The notes: generated by a model from the letters alone, not told the origin. 64,000 bases of DNA from Dehalococcoidia bacterium (GCA_963579135.1 CAUZFB010000004.1:11583-75582), one strand, 5' to 3'. Positions 10,651-19,664 are shown, counted from the stretch's first letter. Numbers and translations: made by a program.

Positions 10651-10707
10651 ACGCACACGCGCGACCGCGAAAGATTTTATAACACGCACACGCGCGACCG
10701 CGAAAGA
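10651..10707. repeat. Perfect tandem direct repeat, 2 x 24 bp with a 9-bp spacer (33-bp period), in the tig upstream region
   Basis: ACGCACACGCGCGACCGCGAAAGA occurs at 10651..10674 and again at 10684..10707, separated by TTTTATAAC. The location is intergenic, between the divergent tig and a small membrane ORF. Confidence 0.9.
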
Positions 10708-10839
10708 CTTGACAAGACATCCCCTCCGGGTGGTGGCACGGAGATTCAGTCGGGAATGTTTGGAATGGTGCCCTATTTACGATAAAGTTACGCGGTGGGG
10801 CCGAGGGCAACGGCTGGCTACATCCTCAGGAGGTTATTG

Positions 10840-11067
10840 GTGATTTCCCTCATCCGCTTGATTCTTAGATTCACCTGGCTGGCACTCTTCGTTCTCGGCG
10901 TGCGCCGAGCTATGGAGCTTCTCCAGGGCGGAGCCGATCAGTTAATCGATAGGCTCGAGGAAGGCGGAAGCGGGAGCCCAGAGCAGACGCTTGCGCGGCT
11001 CCACGAAGCCCTACACCACCGGCAGGCACAACACGCCGCAGGGGACGACCCCTTCGGTGAAATGTAA
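10840..11067 (+). CDS. Small membrane-anchored hypothetical protein
   Basis: AGGAGG at 10828..10833 sits 6 nt before GTG 10840. N-terminal hydrophobic helix 'ISLIRLILRFTWLALFVLGV' is followed by a charged tail. I recognise no homology. Confidence 0.45.
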   Translation: MISLIRLILRFTWLALFVLGVRRAMELLQGGADQLIDRLEEGGSGSPEQTLARLHEALHHRQAQHAAGDDPFGEM

Positions 11068-11121
11068 ACCCGCCCTCATCCCAAACGCCTGCGACCCAGC
11101 GGGCAGCTGCTAGGAGTTTCA

Positions 11122-12927
11122 GTGCTGAAGTCGATCGACTGCGGTCAGCTACGGGCCGACCACAACGAACAAGAAGTCACGATCGCAGGATGGGTCAACC
11201 GCCGCCGCGACCACGGTGGCCTGATTTTCATCGATCTTCGCGATTCAACAGGACTCGTGCAGGTCATCTTCAACCCTGACGCTCCCGACCTCTTCTCCAC
11301 CGCCGAACGATTCAGGTCTGAGTGGGTGATCCAGGTCCGCGGCAAAGTGCGCATGCGCCCTGAAGGCACGGAGAATCCCAACCTAGACACCGGCGCGATC
11401 GAAGTCGTAGCGACCGAGACCACCATATTGAACGCTTCCAAAACTCCGCCGTTCGACGTCAACCAAGACTCCCCTGTCGACGAACTTCTGCGCATGCGCT
11501 ACCGCTACCTCGACCTGCGGCGCGGGCACATGCGGGAAAACCTCCTTCTCCGTTACCGCATCGTCAAGTTCATCCGGGACTACCTCGACGATCTTCGTTT
11601 CATTGAGATCGAAACCCCTATTCTTATCAAGAGCACACCCGAGGGAGCTCGCGACTACCTCGTCCCCAGCCGCAACCATCCCGGCAATTTCTACGCCCTG
11701 CCGCAATCGCCCCAGCAGTTGAAGCAGCTGTTGATGGTGGCCGGTGCAGACCGTTACTTCCAGATCGCGCGTTGTTTCCGCGACGAAGACCTCCGGGCCG
11801 ATCGGCAGCCCGAATTCACACAACTCGACCTCGAGATGGCCTTTGTCGAGCCCGATGACGTGATCGGTCTCATGACCGACCTCTACGTCAAGATGGCCCA
11901 GGCGCTCGCGCCCCACAAAGAGTTGGTCCTCCCCGTGCCAACGTTAACCTACGCCGAGGCCATGTCGCGCTTCGGCAGCGACAAGCCTGACCTACGCTTT
12001 GGGCTAGAGATAGCCGACCTAACGGACATCGTGGCGGGGAGTGAATTCCAGGTGTTCGCCAACGTCGTGCGCGCTGGCGGCATGATCAAGGGATTCAACG
12101 CGCCGGGCAACGGCGACATCGCCCGCCGGCAGATCGACGAACTCGTCAACGTGGCCCGCACCTACGGCGCTGGTGGCCTCGTCACCATCGGGCTGGACGC
12201 CAACGCCGCCTCGATAGACGCACTCACAACCGACGACGTACGCACGCCTGCCAAAGCGCTGTCCATTGAGGAGATCAAGTCTATCGCCACTCGAATCGGC
12301 GCTGCTCCTGGCGATCTCATCCTCATCGCCGCAGGCGCGCAGCCAAAGGTTGAGCCCGTGCTCGGCCAGCTTCGCCTGCACATGGCAGAGCGCCTCGGCC
12401 TAAACGACCGCAACAAGTTGGCGTTCTGCGTCGTCACCGACTTCCCCGCCCTTGAGTGGCTCGAGGACAGCCAGCGCTGGCACGCTATGCACCACCCATT
12501 CACCGCTCCTCAGGACGACCAGTGGGACCTCCTCGAAACCGATCCTGGTGCGGTGATCGCCAAAGCGTATGACCTCGCAGCCAACGGCAGTGAGTTAGCC
12601 GGAGGAAGCATCCGCATCCACCAGCGCGCTCAGCAGGAGCGCGTGTTCGCAGCGCTCGGCTACGCGCAAGCCGAGGTCGACCAGCTGTTCGGCCACCTGC
12701 TGGAGGCATTCGAATACGGCGCACCGCCTCATGGAGGCTTCGCAGGCGGGATCGACCGGCTCGTCGTCACTCTATCGAACCACGCTGAGTCCATCAGAGA
12801 CGCCATCGCGTTCCCCAAGACGCAGGCCGGCGTCGACCCGCTGTTCGGCGCGCCGTCGACCGTGGCAGAGGCTCAACTCAAAGAGCTTCACATCGCGATC
12901 ATCCCCTCCGAAGACCCGGAAGCGTAG
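11122..12927 (+). CDS. aspS: Aspartate--tRNA ligase
   Basis: OB-fold 'VTIAGWVNRRRDHGGLIFIDLRD', class II motif 2 'FRDEDLRADRQPEFTQLDLEM', a bacterial-type insertion domain, and motif 3 'GGFAGGIDRLV'. Confidence 0.96.
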   Translation: MLKSIDCGQLRADHNEQEVTIAGWVNRRRDHGGLIFIDLRDSTGLVQVIFNPDAPDLFSTAERFRSEWVIQVRGKVRMRPEGTENPNLDTGAIEVVATETTILNASKTPPFDVNQDSPVDELLRMRYRYLDLRRGHMRENLLLRYRIVKFIRDYLDDLRFIEIETPILIKSTPEGARDYLVPSRNHPGNFYALPQSPQQLKQLLMVAGADRYFQIARCFRDEDLRADRQPEFTQLDLEMAFVEPDDVIGLMTDLYVKMAQALAPHKELVLPVPTLTYAEAMSRFGSDKPDLRFGLEIADLTDIVAGSEFQVFANVVRAGGMIKGFNAPGNGDIARRQIDELVNVARTYGAGGLVTIGLDANAASIDALTTDDVRTPAKALSIEEIKSIATRIGAAPGDLILIAAGAQPKVEPVLGQLRLHMAERLGLNDRNKLAFCVVTDFPALEWLEDSQRWHAMHHPFTAPQDDQWDLLETDPGAVIAKAYDLAANGSELAGGSIRIHQRAQQERVFAALGYAQAEVDQLFGHLLEAFEYGAPPHGGFAGGIDRLVVTLSNHAESIRDAIAFPKTQAGVDPLFGAPSTVAEAQLKELHIAIIPSEDPEA

Positions 12928-12960
12928 GCACGGGGGTGGGTTGGCCCGAGAGGTCCGCGG

Positions 12961-13794
12961 ATGCTTCCTGAGCTGACCTACGTTCAGGTATTAATCCTCG
13001 TGCCCCTCGGGTTGGCTGTCGGCGCCTTCGGAGCCATGGTCGGGATAGGCGGAGGCATCCTCCTCGTCCCTGCGCTGCTGATCCTGTTTCCCGACGCCGA
13101 ACCCTCCGTCATAACCAGCATGTCGCTCACAGCGGTCATCCTGAACGCAGCCTCGGCCACCACGGGCTATCGCCGCAGGGGCTGGCAAGACACCCGCACC
13201 GGCCTGATTCTCGTCGCGGCGGCGGTGCCGGCGGCCGTTGTCGGGGCGTTTCTGACGCGGTCGGTCGATCGAGGCGGGTTCGAGTTGATATTCGGCATCG
13301 CATTGGTCTTGGGTGCGATCTATCTAGCGTTTCGCGGAAGCAAGCTGCCGAGTCTCACCGAGCCGTCGCCGAGCGGACACAGACGCCATATCGTCGACCG
13401 CGAGGGCGCGACATACGACTACCGGGTGCGCGAGCCGCTAGCAGCGTCGATCGCGCTGGGCGCGGGCCTCGTGGCAGCGTTCTTCGGGATAGGCGGCGGC
13501 ATCATCAACGTCCCTGTGATGATGCTAGTGCTCAAGATGCCCGCGAAGATGTCGGTCGCCACGTCGCAAATGGAGCTAATGATTGCCTCCGTCGCGGCCG
13601 TCCTCGTTCATCTGCTAAGCTCGCCGGGGGAATGGGACCCATGGATCTACGGACTAATCACGGGTGCAGGCACGCTGGTTGGCGCGCAGATTGGAGTGCG
13701 GGCTGCGGGAAGGGCGTCCGGACGAGCAGTCCTGTTGCTGATAGCCGGGATATTGATGCTCTCCGGCGTACGCGGGATCATGAGCGGCCTGTAG
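12961..13794 (+). CDS. TauE/SafE (TSUP) family anion-export membrane protein
   Basis: Two repeated halves each carry 'G.GGG....P.L' ('MVGIGGGILLVPALL' and 'FFGIGGGIINVPVMM'). The protein is polytopic and hydrophobic. Confidence 0.8.
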   Translation: MLPELTYVQVLILVPLGLAVGAFGAMVGIGGGILLVPALLILFPDAEPSVITSMSLTAVILNAASATTGYRRRGWQDTRTGLILVAAAVPAAVVGAFLTRSVDRGGFELIFGIALVLGAIYLAFRGSKLPSLTEPSPSGHRRHIVDREGATYDYRVREPLAASIALGAGLVAAFFGIGGGIINVPVMMLVLKMPAKMSVATSQMELMIASVAAVLVHLLSSPGEWDPWIYGLITGAGTLVGAQIGVRAAGRASGRAVLLLIAGILMLSGVRGIMSGL

Positions 13795-13869
13795 TCGGGC
13801 GCGGAGCTACCTGAAAATGGCACTCGCAGGCGCAGGCGGCCGCCAGTCGGCCCAACAATCGAAGATCGC

Positions 13870-14346
13870 TCACAGCTCCGTCATCTTGCTAGCGCCAGAC
13901 GACAAATCCTGCCGGTAGCCGAAAACGCTGCCCCGCCCCACGGAGACGATGGCCTCCTCGGCGACGGGGATACCCGCGACCACCAATTCTGCAGGGCAGC
14001 TGGCGTCCTAACCGGAGCCCTCGGCGATATCCCTGCCATGTACGAGGTGGTCTAGGAACCATTGCGTCGTGTAGTCCCAACCACTCACATCGCCCCTGGA
14101 CAGTGTATGCATCGAGTCGAGGTCTGCCGACGCCAGCACCGCTTTGGCTTTGGCCGCTGGTGGTCGCCATCACCCAACGATTCTCGCCCGTGACGTGGTT
14201 GACCAAGACGAGTAGGCCCCGCGCGCTGCTAAGGAGTGGCGTTATGCCACTGGTCAGGCTTGATGCCCTCGATGATCTTGGCTGAATTGGTCAACGGCGA
14301 TCTTATAAAGGGCATCGGCCCGTGCCGTCTTCATCATGTTGGGCAT
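13870..14346 (-). pseudogene. Decayed DinB_2 / mycothiol-maleylpyruvate-isomerase-N-like gene (multiple frameshifts plus an in-frame stop)
   Basis: Recognisable pieces lie in three different frames: 'MPNMMKTARADALYKIAVDQFS', 'KIIEGIKPDQWHNATP*', 'GLLVLVNHVTGENRWVMATTSGQ', and 'WFLDHLVHGRDIAEGSG*DASCPAEL...'. The 'LVNHVxGxNRW' and 'DHLVHGxDIA' pieces resemble this family. AAGGA lies before the ATG at 14346. Confidence 0.6.
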
Positions 14347-14366
14347 TTCGACGTCCTTCTTGATGC

Positions 14367-15257
14367 CTAAACGCCTGCGGCGTATCGCGCCGCGCGCAGC
14401 GTGTTCGTTAGCAGCATCGCGATAGTCATAGGCCCAACGCCACCGGGGACGGGTGTGATAGCCGACGCCTTCTCCGCGACCTCGTCGTAGGCCACGTCGC
14501 CAACCAACCGGTAACCCGACTTCTTCGTGGCATCCTCAACGCGGTTGATACCCACGTCAATAACCACCGCGCCATCCTTGACCATGTCGGCGGTAATCGC
14601 ATTTGCCCGACCGACCGCGGCCACCACGATATCGGCCTGCCGGGTGAACGTCGCTATGTCCGCGGTACCCGTGTGGCAAACGGTCACCGTAGCGTTGGCG
14701 CCAGCGCTCTTCTGCATCAGCAGTACCGCCAAGGGCTTGCCCACTATGTTGCTACGGCCCACGATCACCACGTACTTGCCCGACGGGTCGTTGCCCGTGC
14801 GCATCAGCATCTGCTGCACGCCTGCCGGCGTCGCAGGAAGGAAGCGCGGGTTACCCTCCAACAGCAGGCCCGTGCTGAATGGATGCATGCCGTCGACGTC
14901 TTTATCGGGGTTGATTGACTGGATGACAGTGCGCTCATCGACGTGCAACGGCAATGGAAGCTGCACTAAGACGCCGTGGAACCGATCGTCGACGTTGAGC
15001 TTCGCGACGAGCGTCAGTAGCTCCTCCTGAGTCGTGTCGGCCGGCAGAGTGATTGTCTCGCTCAACATTCCCGCCTCTTCGCAGGCGATCCCCTTGTTGC
15101 GAACGTAGATCGCCGAAGCGGGATCCTCACCGACAAGCACGGCCACCAACCCAGGCGTCACTTTCGTCTCCGCCTTGAGTTTCGCCACTCCATCCGCGAC
15201 CTCAAGGCGGATGTCTAACGCCATCTGTTTGCCATCGATACGAAGCGCCGTCACCAT
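14367..15257 (-). CDS. folD: Bifunctional methylenetetrahydrofolate dehydrogenase / methenyl-THF cyclohydrolase
   Basis: 'PGLVAVLVGEDPASAIYVRNK', 'HGVLVQLPLP', 'DVDG.HP', 'VVIVGRSNIVGKPLA', 'TPVPGGVGPMTIAML'. Confidence 0.96.
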   Translation of the reverse strand: MVTALRIDGKQMALDIRLEVADGVAKLKAETKVTPGLVAVLVGEDPASAIYVRNKGIACEEAGMLSETITLPADTTQEELLTLVAKLNVDDRFHGVLVQLPLPLHVDERTVIQSINPDKDVDGMHPFSTGLLLEGNPRFLPATPAGVQQMLMRTGNDPSGKYVVIVGRSNIVGKPLAVLLMQKSAGANATVTVCHTGTADIATFTRQADIVVAAVGRANAITADMVKDGAVVIDVGINRVEDATKKSGYRLVGDVAYDEVAEKASAITPVPGGVGPMTIAMLLTNTLRAARYAAGV

Positions 15258-15375
15258 CTCACCTCACACGTTAGGGTCCACCGGAATGATACCAGCAGGG
15301 GCGGGGAAAACAGGCGTGCTCATAACCTATACTCCGGGGGCACCCAGGTCGTAATTCTTCCCAGCCGGGCTCCAC

Positions 15376-15747
15376 TTGCAAGACATCTCCGTTGGCGTCG
15401 ACATCATCGAGATCAGCCGCGTGGCCGCAACAGTCGACCGGTTCGGCGACCGCTTCTTGCGGCGCATCTACACAGCAACCGAAATCGCCTACTGCCGTGG
15501 TCGCGCGCCGCAGCTCGCAGCGCGATTCGCCGCCAAGGAAGCCGTCATGAAGGCGCTCGGCACCGGCACTCATGGCGTGGGCTGGCAGGAGGTCGAAGTC
15601 ACCCGACAGCGGACTGGCGAGCCGGGCATCAAACTCCACGGGCGTGCCGCAGAGCGCGCCAAGAAGCTGGGCATCGACCGCCTAGCCCTCAGCATCTCGC
15701 ACTCACGCGACTACGCAGTCGCGTCGGTCGTGAGCAGGGTTGCGTAA
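15376..15747 (+). CDS. acpS: Holo-[acyl-carrier-protein] synthase
   Basis: 'VGVDIIEISR', 'FAAKEAVMKALG' and 'ISHSRDYAVASV' are typical AcpS motifs. Size is 123 aa with a TTG start. Confidence 0.9.
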   Translation: MQDISVGVDIIEISRVAATVDRFGDRFLRRIYTATEIAYCRGRAPQLAARFAAKEAVMKALGTGTHGVGWQEVEVTRQRTGEPGIKLHGRAAERAKKLGIDRLALSISHSRDYAVASVVSRVA

Positions 15748-15750
15748 CAC

Positions 15751-17310
15751 ATGAAGATTGTCACCGTTGCACAGATGCGCGAGCTCGAACGAAGGGCTGT
15801 CGGCTCAGGGGTAACCGAAGACTCGCTTATGGAATCCGCCGGCTTATCTGCCGCACGTAGGCTTGCTCAGATCATCGACGGCATCCGTGGCAAGCGGGTC
15901 GTCGTTCTGGTCGGATCAGGCAACAACGGTGGGGACGGCATGGTCGCCGCGCGGTACCTTGCGGACTGGGGTGGGCTCGTCACTCTCTACATGACCAGTG
16001 CAAGGCGCCGGGACGATAAGTTCGAGGACTGTCGCGCGAGGCACGTTCGCGTCGTTGAGGCGGTGGATGACATAGGCCACCTCGAGCTGGCCAGCTACGT
16101 GTCCCTCGCCGACGTGGTCGTCGACGCTGTCCTCGGCATCGGCAACAACCGGCCCCTGAGCGACCCCTTGCGGGTGATCTTCGAGGAGCTCGGCAGGCTC
16201 AAGGAAGAGCAACCGGCGCTGAGATACATAGCACTAGACGTGCCCAGCGGCCTTGAGGCCGACACCGGCAGTGTCGACGAAGCATGCTTCCCCGCCAGCG
16301 TGACCCTGACCCTCGGCGCCCCCAAGGCTGGACTCTACTGTTTCCCCGGAGCCGCTTACGTAGGCGACGTCGAGGTCCTCGCCATCGGACTTCCCCGCGA
16401 GCTTGATGGCGACTTTCCCGTCGAACTGTGCGATGAGGCCGCCGTCGCACCCTTGGTGCCCAAGCGTCCCCTGGATGGGCACAAAGGCTCGTTCGGAGAT
16501 CTCCTCGTGGTCGCAGGTTCACGCCGGTTCATCGGAGCGCCCATTCTCGTGACGACCGCCGCTTACCGCGCCGGGGCGGGATTGGTAACGCTCGCCGCAC
16601 CGGAAACCGCATCGCGACTGGCAGGGCCTGCCCTCGCTGAGCAGATACATCTGCCGCTGCCCGAAACCGCCGACGGCCACGCCGCAGCCAACGGCGCAGG
16701 TGGGCTCCGGGCCGCTGCCGACCAGGCCACCGCCCTCGTGATTGGTCCTGGCCTCGGCAACGTCGAGAGCATTCGAGGGCTGCTGCAGGTGCTTCTGCTC
16801 ACCGAGCCTTATCTAGCGGCGCCGTCGGTCATCGACGCCGACGCCCTCAACGCGCTATCACAAACCTACCGCTGGTGGGAGTCGCTCAAGGCCCCTGCGG
16901 TGCTCACTCCGCACCCTGGGGAGATGGGACGCCTGCTGGGCCATCCCGTCTCGCACGTCCAGGGCAGCCGGGTCGAAACCGCTCGGCGTGCAGCCGCTGA
17001 ATGGGGCCAAGTGGTCGTACTCAAAGGAGCACACACCGTCATCGCATCGCCAGATGGGCGAACAGCCGTCAGTCCGTTCGCCAATCCTGCGTTGGCCTCC
17101 GCGGGGACAGGTGACGTCCTAGCGGGAATCGTCGGAGCCCTGCTCGCGCAAGGCCTGGCGCCGTACGACGCTGCAAAGCTCGGCGTGCACGTACACGCAG
17201 CCGCAGCCGAACGCGTGAGCCGTCGAGTTGGGACCAGTGGTCTACTGGCCAGCGATCTCCATGCAGAGATACCAATCGTGATGGCGCGCCTGCGGGGCGC
17301 CCCGGCCTAG
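15751..17310 (+). CDS. nnr: Bifunctional NAD(P)H-hydrate repair enzyme (epimerase + ADP-dependent dehydratase)
   Basis: N-terminal YjeF_N domain ('GSGNNGGDG') and C-terminal carbohydrate-kinase domain ('HKGSFGDLLVVAGS', 'LTPHPGE', 'GTGDVLAG'). The acpS-nnr linkage is common. Confidence 0.92.
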   Translation: MKIVTVAQMRELERRAVGSGVTEDSLMESAGLSAARRLAQIIDGIRGKRVVVLVGSGNNGGDGMVAARYLADWGGLVTLYMTSARRRDDKFEDCRARHVRVVEAVDDIGHLELASYVSLADVVVDAVLGIGNNRPLSDPLRVIFEELGRLKEEQPALRYIALDVPSGLEADTGSVDEACFPASVTLTLGAPKAGLYCFPGAAYVGDVEVLAIGLPRELDGDFPVELCDEAAVAPLVPKRPLDGHKGSFGDLLVVAGSRRFIGAPILVTTAAYRAGAGLVTLAAPETASRLAGPALAEQIHLPLPETADGHAAANGAGGLRAAADQATALVIGPGLGNVESIRGLLQVLLLTEPYLAAPSVIDADALNALSQTYRWWESLKAPAVLTPHPGEMGRLLGHPVSHVQGSRVETARRAAAEWGQVVVLKGAHTVIASPDGRTAVSPFANPALASAGTGDVLAGIVGALLAQGLAPYDAAKLGVHVHAAAAERVSRRVGTSGLLASDLHAEIPIVMARLRGAPA

Positions 17311-17361
17311 ACGCGCCCACCCTCGACACCACAGCGAACGGATCGCCGCTGTAGCTCAACT

Positions 17362-17454
17362 TCATGCGTTCGTACCAAGCATCAAGGATCCAACCACAAG
17401 CCAGAGCGCCAGGGCCGCCAGGATTGCGTTGGGGATCACTATCGCGTACAGCAT
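17362..17454 (-). CDS. Possible 30-aa hydrophobic micro-protein
   Basis: The ORF is below the ORF-track cutoff: ATG 17452..17454 preceded by GGAGGGGGAA, translating to MLYAIVIPNAILAALALWLVVGSLMLGTNA*. It forms a single predicted TM helix in an otherwise unassigned 340-bp gap. Confidence 0.3.
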   Translation of the reverse strand: MLYAIVIPNAILAALALWLVVGSLMLGTNA

Positions 17455-17637
17455 TTCCCCCTCCACTTCACTAAGTCTGCCGTTTATTGAGATGCCCAAT
17501 CCGAGACCACTGATACTTCCTGGCTAACAACAGCAGGAACGAAGCGGGGTCGTCCGCGTCAGGGGCAAATATCGCAGCTAGGCCGTCACCTGGCGCGCTG
17601 GCCAAGCCGTTGCTCAAGCGGCCTGCGCCCGCCACGA

Positions 17638-17643
17638 TATACT
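17638..17643 (+). promoter_or_regulatory. -10-like hexamer TATACT 9 nt upstream of the coaX ATG (near-leaderless start)
   Basis: TATACT is followed by GACTGCACG and then ATG (17653). No Shine-Dalgarno sequence fits in between. Confidence 0.35.
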
Positions 17644-17652
17644 GACTGCACG

Positions 17653-18459
17653 ATGCTGCTCGCTCTCGACATAGGCAATACGAACGTCACCATCGGCGTG
17701 TTCGACGGCGAACGTATCGCCGCTACGTGGCGCCTCGCTACCGACGTCCACCGGCAGCCCGACGAATACGCACTCCAGATTAAGAATCTCCTGCCCATGA
17801 AAGGCATCGCCATCGACGCCATCGATGGCGTCGCGCTCTGCAGCGTCGTTCCTCCGCTCACCGCAGTCTTCGAGAGCGCCAGCGATTTCCTCTTCGACAT
17901 CCAGCCTCTAGTCGTCGGCACCGGCACTCGCACAGGGGTGCGCGTTCGTTACGACAACCCACGAGACGTCGGCGCCGACCGTGTGGCGGATGCCGCGGCC
18001 GCGTACCACCTCTACGGAGGGCCATGCATCGTCGTGGACTTCGGCACCGCCACCGTATTCGACGCCATCTCCGCAGACGGTGAGTATCTGGGCGGCGCCA
18101 TCTCTCCCGGCCTCGGCGTCTCAGCCGAATCGCTCTACGCCGCTACATCGCAACTGCGACGCGTTGAACTAACCGCCCCCGCAACCGCCATCGGCAAGAA
18201 CACCGCACACTCGATTCAATCCGGCCTCATATTTGGTTACACCGGGCTCATCGAGCACATGGTGAAGCTCTACAAGCAGGAGATGGGCGCCCCCAACGCA
18301 ACCGTGGTCGCAACCGGCGGCCTCGCACCGATCATCGCTGAGCAAACCGACGTATTCACCAACGTCAACGAAGAGTTGACGCTGCAAGGGCTCCGGTTGA
18401 TCTTCGACCTCAACCAAGAGCAACCTTCGGCGTCCGACCACGCAGGGAGCGCCACGTGA
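17653..18459 (+). CDS. coaX: Type III pantothenate kinase
   Basis: 'LLALDIGNTNVTIGVF', 'GADR' and 'VVDFGTATVFD' are ASKHA-fold CoaX motifs. Confidence 0.92.
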   Translation: MLLALDIGNTNVTIGVFDGERIAATWRLATDVHRQPDEYALQIKNLLPMKGIAIDAIDGVALCSVVPPLTAVFESASDFLFDIQPLVVGTGTRTGVRVRYDNPRDVGADRVADAAAAYHLYGGPCIVVDFGTATVFDAISADGEYLGGAISPGLGVSAESLYAATSQLRRVELTAPATAIGKNTAHSIQSGLIFGYTGLIEHMVKLYKQEMGAPNATVVATGGLAPIIAEQTDVFTNVNEELTLQGLRLIFDLNQEQPSASDHAGSAT

Positions 18460-19658
18460 GCGGGCCCTTCGACCGCAAACGCGTACTGATTGGCGTCTCC
18501 GGCAGCATCGCAGCCTATAAAGCCATCGACATCGCCAGCAAGCTCACGCAAGCGGGCGCGATCGTAAACGTGCTGATGTCCCCCGCCGCGGTCCGATTCG
18601 TCACGCCCCTGACATTCCGGAGCATCACGCACCAAGACGTCGTCACTGATCTCTTCGACATTCATTCCCGCCAAGCGATCGAGCACGTGGCGCTCGCGAA
18701 AGAAGCCGACGTTCTAGTCGTCGCGCCTGCGACCGCCCACACCATAGCCAAGCTCGCCCTCGGGCTGGCGGACGACCCCATCACCGTCACGGCGCTGGCC
18801 ACATCCGCACCGCTGGTGATCGCTCCCGCCATGGATGCCAACATGTGGCACCACCCAGCAGTCCGGGCGAACGCCAACACCCTCGTCAATCGTGGAGCCA
18901 TGGTCGTAGGCCCTAGCGAAGGCAGACTCGCCTCCGGCCTCATCGGCTGGGGAAGACTTGCGGAAACACCAGAGATCATCGGTGCCATCGCCACCGCTCT
19001 GGGTGCCCACGGGGATCTCGCCGGCCAGACCATCGTGGTGAGTGCCGGGGGCACGCAGGAAGCCATCGATCCGGTTCGCGTCATCACGAACCGCTCATCG
19101 GGCAAGATGGGCTACGCCATCGCGGAAGCCGCGCGCGACCGTGGTGCCAGCGTCGTACTCGTCACGGCGCCAACGTCGCTCAACGATCCATCGGGCGTCG
19201 ACACTCGTCACGTTGAATCAGCGAGCGAGATGCTCACCGCCGTGCTATCGGCGTGCGAAGGCGCAGACGCAGTCGTCATGGCAGCTGCGGTCGCCGACTA
19301 CGCCCCTGCCCATCCAGCGGCCGACAAGGTCAAGAAGGGCGCGGCCGACGAGTTCAACGTAGAACTAACTAAGACCGTGGACATCCTAGCGGCAACTCCC
19401 CGCGGTCTCATACGTATCGGGTTCGCCGCCGAGAGCACGAACCTCATTCAGTACGCGCAGGCCAAGCTCGACGGCAAAGCCCTCGACTTCATCGTCGCCA
19501 ACGACATCACCGTCCCTAACTCCGGGTTTGGCGCGGACAACAACAAGGTCAGCATCGTCAGCCACCAGGGCGTCGAAGACCTACCTATGATGTCGAAGTA
19601 CGGAGTCGCCACCGAGATCTTGAACCGCGTAGCCCAACGACTAGCCGGCGCGCGCTAA
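18456..19658 (+). CDS. coaBC: Bifunctional phosphopantothenoylcysteine decarboxylase / phosphopantothenate--cysteine ligase
   Basis: Flavoprotein N-domain 'VLIGVSGSIAAYKA', 'PAMDANMW'. CoaB domain 'ITNRSSGKMGYAIAEAA', 'AAVADY', 'KVKK'. The start overlaps the coaX stop. Confidence 0.93.
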   Translation: MSGPFDRKRVLIGVSGSIAAYKAIDIASKLTQAGAIVNVLMSPAAVRFVTPLTFRSITHQDVVTDLFDIHSRQAIEHVALAKEADVLVVAPATAHTIAKLALGLADDPITVTALATSAPLVIAPAMDANMWHHPAVRANANTLVNRGAMVVGPSEGRLASGLIGWGRLAETPEIIGAIATALGAHGDLAGQTIVVSAGGTQEAIDPVRVITNRSSGKMGYAIAEAARDRGASVVLVTAPTSLNDPSGVDTRHVESASEMLTAVLSACEGADAVVMAAAVADYAPAHPAADKVKKGAADEFNVELTKTVDILAATPRGLIRIGFAAESTNLIQYAQAKLDGKALDFIVANDITVPNSGFGADNNKVSIVSHQGVEDLPMMSKYGVATEILNRVAQRLAGAR

Positions 19659-19664
19659 CACCCG

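Noticed and set aside
10651-10707. A CRISPR array as an interpretation of the 24-bp repeats.
   Set aside because: There are only two copies, the spacer is 9 bp, and no cas genes are in the window. The repeat is treated as a regulatory or tandem repeat instead.
15258-15375. Possible ZTP riboswitch upstream of folD.
   Set aside because: Only loose resemblance is present (CTGCTGG..CCGGTGGA; CGACCTGGGTGC), in the wrong order and spacing for the pfl motif. The region more likely just holds the divergent folD/acpS promoters.
17345-17400. tRNA-like string 'GCTGTAGCTCAAC'.
   Set aside because: No acceptor-stem complement, anticodon arm or GTTCGAATC-type T-loop follows. The stretch overlaps the 3' end of the small hydrophobic ORF.
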